Assembly (NCBI GenBank): GCA_963767925.1
Contig: CAVYGB010000010.1
Span: 544,001 to 608,000, forward strand
Direction: 5' to 3'
DNA: 64,000 nucleotides
Source of the DNA: an uncultured delta proteobacterium
GTDB taxonomy: Bacteria > Myxococcota_A > Polyangia > Fen-1088
The position numbers and the translations under genes are program-made. This document shows positions 47,937 to 56,128 of this stretch, one piece after another (the stretch's first letter is position 1; every line of letters starts with the position of its first letter). The notes below the pieces were generated by a model that worked only from the letters and a program-made list of their open reading frames with translations, was not told the DNA's origin and did not search any database.

Positions 47937-49040
47937 ATGATCGTCGACGCGGTGGCGGTGCGGGCCTGCCTGCTGGGTGCGCTGGCCCTGGCCGCGGTGT
48001 CGGCCGGCGTGCGGGCGAGCTTCTCCGGGCGCGACGGCGCCGCTTACCTGGGCATCGCCCTGCTGATGTGGCTGGTCGTGATCGGCGTGCTGGGTTGGCT
48101 GCGCGGGGAGGAGAGGCACCGGGGGCCGCTCGGCGCCGCCACGACGCTGACCCTGCTGCGGGGCTGGCTGACCGCCGGCCTGGCCGGGTTCATCGTCGTG
48201 CCGCCGCAGGAGGGGTTCTGGGCCTGGGTGCCCGCCACGTTCTACACGATCGCGGCGCTCTGCGATCTTGTCGACGGCTACGTGGCCCGCAAGCTGGGGC
48301 AGGAGTCGGCGCTGGGCGGGCGGCTCGACGTCATCCTCGACGCCCTCGGGCTTGTGGTGGGGCCGCTGGCCGCCATCGCCCTCGGGCGGCTGCCCCCCTG
48401 GTACCTGCTGGTAGGCGCGGCCTATTACCTGTTCCACCTCGGCCTGTGGTGGCGGCGCCGGCGCGGCCTGCCGAGCTACCTCGAGCGGCTCAAGCCCAGC
48501 CTGCACACCCGCATGTACGCCGGCTACCAGATGGGCCTGGTGGCCACCGCCCTGTTCCCGGTGCTGGGCCCACCCGGCACCTTCATCACCGCCACCTTCT
48601 TCATGGTGCCCAACCTGGCCCTCTTCCTGCGCGACTACCTGGTGACCACCGACCGCCTCGACCCCGACAGCCCCGCCCACCTCGGCCTGCAGGCCGCCAT
48701 CGCCGGCGCCGCCTGGCGGATCTTGCCCCTGGCGCGGGTGGCGGCCGCCGCCGGCCTGGCCCTGCTGATCCTTCGCGGCGCCCTGCCGGCCTGGCTGCTC
48801 CTCCTCGCCCTGCTGCTCGTGCTGGGGGTCGGCACCCGCGTCGTCGCCTTCGGGGCGGCCATCGCGGTGGCCTGGCTGCTGGCCCGGGAGCCTTCGACTC
48901 TCGTGCTCGGCACTTACCTGGCGATGATGTTGCCGCTGCTGGGGGGCGCGGGGGCGCTGGCCCTCTGGACCCCGGAGGAGCGCTGGATGCTCAGCCGCGC
49001 CGGCGAGCGCCCGCGCAGCCAGGCACCCGTGGAGAAGTGA
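47937..49040 (+). CDS. CDP-alcohol phosphatidyltransferase family protein with extra C-terminal TM region
   Basis: ATTLTLLRG and signature DLVDGYVARKLGQESALGGRLDVILD; many TM helices. Confidence 0.9.
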   Translation: MIVDAVAVRACLLGALALAAVSAGVRASFSGRDGAAYLGIALLMWLVVIGVLGWLRGEERHRGPLGAATTLTLLRGWLTAGLAGFIVVPPQEGFWAWVPATFYTIAALCDLVDGYVARKLGQESALGGRLDVILDALGLVVGPLAAIALGRLPPWYLLVGAAYYLFHLGLWWRRRRGLPSYLERLKPSLHTRMYAGYQMGLVATALFPVLGPPGTFITATFFMVPNLALFLRDYLVTTDRLDPDSPAHLGLQAAIAGAAWRILPLARVAAAAGLALLILRGALPAWLLLLALLLVLGVGTRVVAFGAAIAVAWLLAREPSTLVLGTYLAMMLPLLGGAGALALWTPEERWMLSRAGERPRSQAPVEK

Positions 49041-49141
49041 CCTTCGGGTTCGACACGTCTGAAAACGTCCCTTTGCCCACAGGCTGCTGGCGCCGCAGGC
49101 GGCGCTTCCGTTCGGGGCGGACTTGGGCTCAAATGCGGCCC

Positions 49142-50092
49142 ATGAAGCGCGCGGCGTTGTTGCTCTTGTTGTTCACGGCGTCCTCGTGCCGGTCGTCGCA
49201 GGCGGCGGCCCCGGCCGCCACCGAGACCAAGGGGCGCCTGCTGGGCATCGCCCACATGGCCCTGTTCGTGAGCGACCTGGCCAAGTCGCGGGTATTTTAC
49301 CGGGACTTCCTCGGCTTCGGCGAGCCCTTCGCCCTGCCCAAGGAAGACGGCAGCGACCGGATCGCCTTCATCAAGGTCAACGACGAGCAATACATCGAGC
49401 TGTTCGCCGAGCCGCCCCGCACCGACGGGCGGGTCTACCACATCTCGTTTTACACCGACGACGCCGAGGCCCTGCGCAAGCGGCTGGGCGCCAAGGGGAT
49501 CACGGTGCCGCCGAAGCTCGGGGTCGGCAAGATCCGCAACACCCAGTTCGGCATCAAGGACCCCGACGGCCACGACCTGGAGCTGGTGCAATACCTACCC
49601 GAGGGCTGGTCGGTGCGAGAGAAGGGCAAGTTCATGCCCGACACGCGCATCTCCGCCCGCATCGCCCACCTCGGCGTCCTGGTCGGCAAGCTCTCGCCCT
49701 CGATGAAGTTCTACGGTGACCTGCTCGGCTTTCAGGAGACCTGGCGCGGCGGCCCCTCCCCGAAGGTGCTGAGCTGGGTCAACATGAAGCTGCCCCACGG
49801 CGACGACTACCTCGAGCTGATGCTCTACGACAAGCTGCCGCCCCCCGAGGAGCGCGGCGGCAAGAACCACATCTGCCTGGTGGTGCCCGACATCCAGAAG
49901 GCGGTGGCCCTGCTCGAGGCGCGCCCCGCTCGCAAGAGCTACCCGCGGCCCATCGAGATCAAGGTCGGCGTCAACCGGAAGCGCCAGGCGAACCTGTTCG
50001 ACCCCGACGGCACCCGCGTCGAGCTGATGGAGCCCAACACCATCGACGGCAAGCCGACGCCCCCCTCCAAGGCCCCCCCGCCCTTGCACTAG
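49142..50092 (+). CDS. Secreted tandem VOC/glyoxalase-domain protein
   Basis: Signal peptide; two repeats of H-x-A/G...FY...LGF...YIEL/YLEL...HI...DPDG..EL. Confidence 0.85.
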   Translation: MKRAALLLLLFTASSCRSSQAAAPAATETKGRLLGIAHMALFVSDLAKSRVFYRDFLGFGEPFALPKEDGSDRIAFIKVNDEQYIELFAEPPRTDGRVYHISFYTDDAEALRKRLGAKGITVPPKLGVGKIRNTQFGIKDPDGHDLELVQYLPEGWSVREKGKFMPDTRISARIAHLGVLVGKLSPSMKFYGDLLGFQETWRGGPSPKVLSWVNMKLPHGDDYLELMLYDKLPPPEERGGKNHICLVVPDIQKAVALLEARPARKSYPRPIEIKVGVNRKRQANLFDPDGTRVELMEPNTIDGKPTPPSKAPPPLH

Positions 50093-50150
50093 CGGCCTCG
50101 CCGGGCGCGCCGCGGCCAGCCCACTTCGTGCTACCGTCCCGGCCGCATCC

Positions 50151-51059
50151 ATGGCCGCGAACCTCCACCGATACCTCACCGCGAAGAAGACGGTCGACGA
50201 CCGCGCCCTGAACCAGCATGTCGTCGACCGGCTGCGCGCGGAGATCGCCAGCCGCGACGTCGTGAAGCTGCGCGTGCTTGAGGTCGGGGCCGGCCTCGGC
50301 ACGATGGTGGCCCGCCTCATCGAGTGGGGCGTGCTCAAGCGGGCCGAATACACCCTGCTCGACGTCGATCCCGAGCTGCTCGAGGACGCCCGCGCCTGGC
50401 TGCTCGACTGGGCCGGCCGCCGGAGCCTGCGGGCCATGGGCCACGCCGACGGAGTCGAGATCCAGGGCGACGGTGGGCTCGACCTCCGGGTCCACCTCGT
50501 GCAGGCCGAGCTCAACGCCTTCGTCGACCAGGCCCCCCGGCTGGCCCGGGCCGACCTGCTGATCGCCAACGCCGTGCTCGACCTCGTCGAGGTGCCCAAG
50601 CTGCTGCCCCGCCTGTTCGAGCTGGCGGTCCCCCATGGCCTGTACTGGTTCTCGGTCAACTACGACGGCGAGACCATCTTCCAGCCCGAACACGCCGACG
50701 ACGAGGCCTTCATGCGCCTGTTTCACCGGAGCATGGACGAGCGGGTGCGCTACGGGCGCCCGGCCGGGGAGAGCCGCACCGGCCGCCACCTGTTCGGCCA
50801 CCTGCGCGCGGTGGGGGCCAGCGTGCTGGCGGCGGGCGCCTCCGACTGGGTGGTCCACCCCGGCGAGCGGGGCTACGAGGCCGACGAGGCCCACTTCCTC
50901 CACCTCATCCTCGACACGATCGGCGAGGCGCTCGCCCAGTACCCCGAGGCCGACCCGCAGCGGGTGTCGACCTGGCTGGGCCTGCGCCGCCTGCAGGTCG
51001 ACCACGCCGAGCTCACCTACCTGGCCCACCAGCTCGACTTCCTCGGCCGCTGCCCCTGA
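50151..51059 (+). CDS. Class I SAM-dependent methyltransferase
   Basis: RYLTAKKTVDDRALN, VLEVGAGLGTM, LLDVD, DLLIANAVLDL, NYDGET, ASDW. Confidence 0.85.
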   Translation: MAANLHRYLTAKKTVDDRALNQHVVDRLRAEIASRDVVKLRVLEVGAGLGTMVARLIEWGVLKRAEYTLLDVDPELLEDARAWLLDWAGRRSLRAMGHADGVEIQGDGGLDLRVHLVQAELNAFVDQAPRLARADLLIANAVLDLVEVPKLLPRLFELAVPHGLYWFSVNYDGETIFQPEHADDEAFMRLFHRSMDERVRYGRPAGESRTGRHLFGHLRAVGASVLAAGASDWVVHPGERGYEADEAHFLHLILDTIGEALAQYPEADPQRVSTWLGLRRLQVDHAELTYLAHQLDFLGRCP

Positions 51060-51072
51060 AGCCGCGGGCGCC

Positions 51073-52323
51073 GTGCCGAGGTCGTTGCCCACCTTCTGCA
51101 CCCCGGCGCGCGCCGCCCTCCTCTTGCTCGCGCTGACCGGGCTGGCCTGCGACGACTCCGGCCTCGACGGGCCGCCGCCGCCCGCCCCCCCCTGCCCGCC
51201 CCTGCCCGCCATCGAGGGCTTCATCGCCCGCGCCGGCGGCCAGCTCGTCGACGGCCGCGGCCAGCCTTACCGGGCCCTCGGCGCCAACCTCTACTACCTG
51301 CAGCAGCTCTTCTCCTACGCCCTCCAGAGCGGCGACGAGCGCCTGGCCGCCCCCGCGCTGGCCGCCCTCGACGAGGCGGTCTGCCTCGGCATGCCGGTGG
51401 TTCGGATCAACGCCTTCAACGACTCCAGCGACACCGCCTCGATCCGGCGCCAGCCCGGCGTCTACCGGGAAGAGGGCCTGCGCGGCCTCGATCGCGCGGT
51501 CAGCGAGGCCCGCCGCCGGGGGCTGCGCCTCATCCTCGTGCTGGCCAACAACCACCCGGCCTACGGCGGGCTGCCGGCCTACGCCTCCTGGGCCGGCGGC
51601 GGCAAGGGGCCCGAGGACTTCTTCGCCGACCCGGTCATGCAGGGCTACTGGAAGGACTACGCCAGCCACTTGCTCGAGCGCCTCAACCCCGACACGGGCC
51701 TGCGCTACCGGGACGAGCCGGCGGTGCTGGCCTGGGAGATCGCCAACGAGCTGCGCTGCCCGAGCTGCCGGGGCACCACCCGCGGCGTCGACACGATCGC
51801 CGCCCTCGCCCGCCACCTGCGCGCAGCCGGGGCCCGCCAGCTCATCGCCGACGGCGGCGAGGGGTTCGACGACGCCTACGAGCAATACCTCGGCATCAGC
51901 AACCGCTACGCCGTGCGGGGCGACGAGGGGATGAGCTTCTCGAGCCTGGCCCACCTGCCCGAGCTGGACATGCTGAGCTACCACCTCTACCCCGCCCCCT
52001 GGGGGCTGAACGCCGCCCTCGACTCGGCGATCTGGATCGCCCGCCACCAGGCCATCGCCCGCGACGGCGGCAAGGTGGCCTACCTCGGCGAGTTCGGCCA
52101 CCGCCGCCCCGCCGATCGCGACCGGGGGCGGGCCGCCATCTACGACCGCTGGCTGGGGCAGCTCTTCCGCGACCTCGACGGCAGCCTGGGGCTGCTCTGG
52201 CAGATCATCCCAGCCGCGCGCCGCCCCGCCCACGACGACGGGTACGGCGTGGTCCCCGAGACCGACCGGGACACCGCCGCCACCCTGTACCACTGGTCGC
52301 GCGCGGTGGCCCCCCTGCCCTGA
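51073..52323 (+). CDS. GH5 glycoside hydrolase lipoprotein (beta-mannanase-like)
   Basis: Lipobox GLAC; GANLYY, AWEIANE (acid/base Glu), SYHLYP, YLGEFG (nucleophile Glu). Confidence 0.85.
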   Translation: MPRSLPTFCTPARAALLLLALTGLACDDSGLDGPPPPAPPCPPLPAIEGFIARAGGQLVDGRGQPYRALGANLYYLQQLFSYALQSGDERLAAPALAALDEAVCLGMPVVRINAFNDSSDTASIRRQPGVYREEGLRGLDRAVSEARRRGLRLILVLANNHPAYGGLPAYASWAGGGKGPEDFFADPVMQGYWKDYASHLLERLNPDTGLRYRDEPAVLAWEIANELRCPSCRGTTRGVDTIAALARHLRAAGARQLIADGGEGFDDAYEQYLGISNRYAVRGDEGMSFSSLAHLPELDMLSYHLYPAPWGLNAALDSAIWIARHQAIARDGGKVAYLGEFGHRRPADRDRGRAAIYDRWLGQLFRDLDGSLGLLWQIIPAARRPAHDDGYGVVPETDRDTAATLYHWSRAVAPLP

Positions 52324-52330
52324 GCGCTTG

Positions 52331-53179
52331 CTACAGGTTCGCTTCCTTGAAAGTGTCGCAGGCCTCGACCGAGCCGCGATCGAAGCCGCGCTGGAACCAC
52401 TCCACCCGCTGGGCCGAGGTGCCGTGGGTGAAGCTCTCGGGCACCACCCGCCCCTGGGCTCGCTTCTGCAGGGTATCGTCGCCGATCGCCTCGGCGGCCT
52501 TCAGCCCCTCCTCGATGTCGCCGGGGTCGAGGCGGTTGCCGGCCGCGAGCCCGTGTTTGGCCCAGATGCCGGCGTAGCAGTCGGCCTGCAGCTCCTGCAT
52601 CACCGAGAGGCGGTTGCCCTGCGCCTGCGACACCCGCTGCCGCTGCTCGTGGACCTTCTCGGACACGCCGGTCAAGGTCTGCACGTGGTGCCCCACCTCG
52701 TGCGCCAGCACGTAGGCCTGGGCGAAGTCGCCCGGGGCGCCGAAGCGCCGGTCCAGCTCCTGGAAGAAGGTCAGATCGAGGTAGACCTTGCGATCGAGCG
52801 GGCAGTAGAAGGGCCCCACCGCGCTGCCCGCCATGCCGCAGGCCGAATCGACCGCGTCGGTGAACAGGTACAGGGTCGGCTCCTGGTACTGCCGGCCGTT
52901 CTTCTGGAAGATCGCCGACCAGGTCTGCTCGGTCGAGGTCAGCGCCTTCTTGATGTTGCGGGCCAGGGGCTCCTGCGCCGGATCGATCGCCACCTGCTCC
53001 TCTTGCACCCCCTGGCCGCCCCCCTGCAGCACCTGCTGCACGACCTCCTGGGGCGCCCCCAGCAGCGCCAGCACCAGGGCGACGACCGCGGCGCCGCCAC
53101 CGATCGCGCCGCCCCGGCGCAGCCGGACCCCCCGGCGATCCTCAACATTCGTGCTCTCCCGGATATCGTCGAGTCTCAT
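52331..53179 (-). CDS. YpfJ-like neutral zinc metallopeptidase
   Basis: STNVEDRRG, GPFYCPLDRKVYLD, AYVLAHEVGHHVQ, ELQADCYAG, PESFTHGTSAQR. Confidence 0.93.
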   Translation of the reverse strand: MRLDDIRESTNVEDRRGVRLRRGGAIGGGAAVVALVLALLGAPQEVVQQVLQGGGQGVQEEQVAIDPAQEPLARNIKKALTSTEQTWSAIFQKNGRQYQEPTLYLFTDAVDSACGMAGSAVGPFYCPLDRKVYLDLTFFQELDRRFGAPGDFAQAYVLAHEVGHHVQTLTGVSEKVHEQRQRVSQAQGNRLSVMQELQADCYAGIWAKHGLAAGNRLDPGDIEEGLKAAEAIGDDTLQKRAQGRVVPESFTHGTSAQRVEWFQRGFDRGSVEACDTFKEANL

Positions 53180-53273
53180 ACGGTGGTGGCCTCCACCGAG
53201 ACCATAAGTCCGCGCGCCGCTGCGTTCCAGGGCTAACCCCAGCCGCACCCCGGCACCGGGGGCCGGGCCCGTC

Positions 53274-54113
53274 TCAGCGTTTCGACAGCCGGGCGTCGCC
53301 GGAGAAGGTGCGGCAGTCGATCGACCCCTCACCCTTGCCGTAGCGGGCCTCGACGTCGGAGCCCCGCCGGCGGTCGGCCGCGCGGATGGTCTGGAGACCC
53401 AGCCCGTCCTGCAGCTCGCCCGAGTGGGACTGCTGGGTGAGGCGGAACGAGCTGCGCGCATCCAGCGCCAGGACCACGTCGCCCGACACGCTTGCCGCCG
53501 TGAGCCGGCAGCCGGCGCCGCAGGTCCCCGACCAGTGCAGGTCGCCCGAGGTGCTCTCGAGGTCGACCGTGATGGCGCTGCCCGCGCGCAGCTCGCGCAC
53601 GTCGACGTCGCCGGAGACCGTCTTGGCCCGCGTGACGCCCGCCCCCTCGACCCGCAGGTCGCCCGACACCGTGTGCAGGGCGGCCCCCACCGCGCCGGTG
53701 ACCGAGATGTCGCCCGACAGCGTCCGCACGCGGGCCTCGCCGCCCAGGTCCCGCATCCGCACGTCGCCCGACTGGGTGCGGACGTCGAGGATGCTGCCCG
53801 CCGGCACCCGCAGCCGGACCCCCCCGCTGGCGAAGCTGCCCCTCCCCTCGAAGGTCACCTCGAGGGTGTTCTTGTCCCGGGGGACCAGCTTCACGCTGCC
53901 TTCTTCGGCCTCCTCCGCCTCGACCACCACCTTCTGCTCGCGGTGGCCGACCACCTCCACGTCGCCCGAGCTGGTCTCGACCCGGATGGTCACCCCCTTC
54001 GGGGCCGGGGCGCTGGTCCCGCTCTGGGCAGCGGCCCGCCCGGGCAGCCCGCCCACCAGGGCCAGCGCCAGGACCGGCCCCAGGAACCAACGGGCTGCGC
54101 GCTGGCCGCTCAT
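53274..54113 (-). CDS. DUF4097 beta-strand-repeat secreted protein
   Basis: Signal peptide; repeated T-x-SGD motifs (TSSGD, TQSGD, TLSGD, TVSGD, TFSGD). ATG overlaps the anti-sigma stop. Confidence 0.85.
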   Translation of the reverse strand: MSGQRAARWFLGPVLALALVGGLPGRAAAQSGTSAPAPKGVTIRVETSSGDVEVVGHREQKVVVEAEEAEEGSVKLVPRDKNTLEVTFEGRGSFASGGVRLRVPAGSILDVRTQSGDVRMRDLGGEARVRTLSGDISVTGAVGAALHTVSGDLRVEGAGVTRAKTVSGDVDVRELRAGSAITVDLESTSGDLHWSGTCGAGCRLTAASVSGDVVLALDARSSFRLTQQSHSGELQDGLGLQTIRAADRRRGSDVEARYGKGEGSIDCRTFSGDARLSKR

Positions 54114-54814
54114 GGTCGCCCGTCCTCGAGCGCCAGCACCGCCGCCTGCAACGACTTGAAGTAGTCGGCGTAGCCGTCGAGCGCGCGCAGGCGGGCGTCG
54201 GGATCGTCCGCGTCCCGGGTGACATCCGCCCGGGCCAGCATCAACTCCCGGCGGGCCGAGCCGAACCGCTGGTCGAGCGTCCGCGACTCGGCCTCCGGCA
54301 GGCGGCCCTGCGATCGCTGAAGGTCCCCCTCCAGCTCGGCGACCGCCTGCTCGTATTCGGCCAGGGCGGCGTCGAGCACGGTGAGGACGCCACCGACCTC
54401 TCCCTCGCGCGCGGGCGGGGACTGCATCGGACGGGTGATCGGCGGCGGCGCCGACACGAACCCCGGCTCGGGACCGGCCGGGCCGTGGAAATACAGCAGC
54501 AACGCCGCCGCCAGGGCGGCCGCGCCGGTGAGCACCGGGAAGGCCAGGCGGGCCAGGAAGGGCCCCCGCCCCGGCCGGCGGGCCGGCGCCGCCCGGGTGA
54601 TGCGCCCCTCGATCGCCCGCCACAGGTCCGGCGGCAAGCTGGGCTCGGCGCTCCGTCGCTCGGCCATCAGCCGCCGCTCGGTGCGCAGCCAGTCGAGCTC
54701 CCCCAGGCAAGCCGCGCAGGTCCGCAGGTGGGCCTGCACCGCCAGCGCGCGCTCGGGCGGCAGCGCATCGGCCAGCAGCGCTTCCAGCGCGTCGACATCA
54801 CAGGGAGCGGTCAT
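54110..54814 (-). CDS. Zinc-finger (zf-HC2) transmembrane anti-sigma factor
   Basis: HLRTCAAC (HxxxCxxC), single TM, coupled to the ECF sigma gene. Confidence 0.88.
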   Translation of the reverse strand: MTAPCDVDALEALLADALPPERALAVQAHLRTCAACLGELDWLRTERRLMAERRSAEPSLPPDLWRAIEGRITRAAPARRPGRGPFLARLAFPVLTGAAALAAALLLYFHGPAGPEPGFVSAPPPITRPMQSPPAREGEVGGVLTVLDAALAEYEQAVAELEGDLQRSQGRLPEAESRTLDQRFGSARRELMLARADVTRDADDPDARLRALDGYADYFKSLQAAVLALEDGRP

Positions 54815-55431
54815 GAAGTCCCTTCCAGGTAAGCAGCCAGCAGGCTGCGCAGCTCCAGCCGCGCACGGTGTACTTCGTTCTTCACCTTCACCAGCGACCA
54901 GCCCAGCGCGCCGCCGATCTCCTCGTACCCGAGATCGTGATCGATGCGCAAAAGCAGGGCCGCCCGCCGGTCCTCGCCGAGCGCCGACAGGGCCTGGTTG
55001 AGCGCCTCTGCGCTCTCCGCGCCGATCAGCCGCGCCTCGGGCGAGGGCGCCGGATCGCGCGGCTCGCTGGCCTCGGCCAGGGGCGCGCCCGGCCGGCGGC
55101 GCTGCCGGAGCTGCTCCATGGCCACGTTGCGCGCGATGCCAAACAGCCAGCCGCCCAGCCGCTCGTCCTCGCGCAGGCGCCCGATCAACCGGTGGGCGCG
55201 CACGAAGGTCTCCTGCGTCGCCTCGTCGGCGGCCGACGGCTCGCGCAGCAGGTCGCGCAGGAATCGGCGGACCCCCCGGGCGTACCGGTCGAAGACCAGC
55301 CGGAAGGCCAGCGGATCGCCGGCCCGGACCCGAGCCACCAGGGCCGGTTCGAGCGCCCGCGGGCCCGGGGCCGCCTCGCCGGCGGGGCCGAGGGTGGAGC
55401 TACGCAGCGCGCCCGCGGCAGTCATGAACAC
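54811..55431 (-). CDS. ECF RNA polymerase sigma factor
   Basis: AFRLVFDRY, DEATQETFVRA, WLFGIARN, LGYEEIG...VKNEVHRAR. Confidence 0.92.
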   Translation of the reverse strand: MFMTAAGALRSSTLGPAGEAAPGPRALEPALVARVRAGDPLAFRLVFDRYARGVRRFLRDLLREPSAADEATQETFVRAHRLIGRLREDERLGGWLFGIARNVAMEQLRQRRRPGAPLAEASEPRDPAPSPEARLIGAESAEALNQALSALGEDRRAALLLRIDHDLGYEEIGGALGWSLVKVKNEVHRARLELRSLLAAYLEGTS

Positions 55432-55627
55432 CAGCTCCCCATGTCTACCAGCGGTGACCGCCGGGCCGCGCCGGTTTCAGGCCCGGCGGCGGTTTTCGTC
55501 CCGGCCGGCGTCTTTCTGCCCCGACGGGGCTTCGCGGCGACAAAACCGGGGACCTCCTTATGCCGACCCCCTCGGTCAGAAGCCCACACTACAGACATCG
55601 CGAGGGTTGGCTCGGCAGGAGGTCGAT

Positions 55628-56056
55628 ATGCGGTGTGATGAGCTGATGACGGCAGAGATCGGGGTGGTCAAGCCGGGGGACAGCGTCCAGTCGGTCGCGC
55701 AGATCATGCGTGAGCTGAACGTCGGCTTCGTTCCGGTCTGCCAGGGGGACCGGACGGTGGTGGGCGTGATCACCGATCGGGACATCGCGATCCGCGTGAT
55801 CGCCGAGGGGCGGCCCGGGGACACACGCGTGGAGGACGTGATGACCGACGAGGTCGTCTCCTGCCACCCCAGCGCCGACATCAAGGAGGTCGAGCGCCTG
55901 ATGCGCGCCCACCAGGTCAACCGGGTCGTGGTGATCGACGACGACGCCAGCCTGGCCGGGGTGGTCAGCCTCTCCGACCTCGCCCAGATCGAAGACGCGC
56001 GGAAGGTGGGTCAGATGTTCGGCGACATCAGCGGCCGCGAGGTCATCAGCCACTGA
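55628..56056 (+). CDS. CBS-domain pair protein
   Basis: VGFVPV, GVITDRDIAIR, VEDVMT, GVVSLSDL. AGGAGG RBS. Confidence 0.92.
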   Translation: MRCDELMTAEIGVVKPGDSVQSVAQIMRELNVGFVPVCQGDRTVVGVITDRDIAIRVIAEGRPGDTRVEDVMTDEVVSCHPSADIKEVERLMRAHQVNRVVVIDDDASLAGVVSLSDLAQIEDARKVGQMFGDISGREVISH

Positions 56057-56128
56057 CACGCCGCCCTCGAGCGCCGGGCCGCGCACGGCGCTTCTCCTGG
56101 AACCGGCCGTGACTCTATAGTTACGGCA

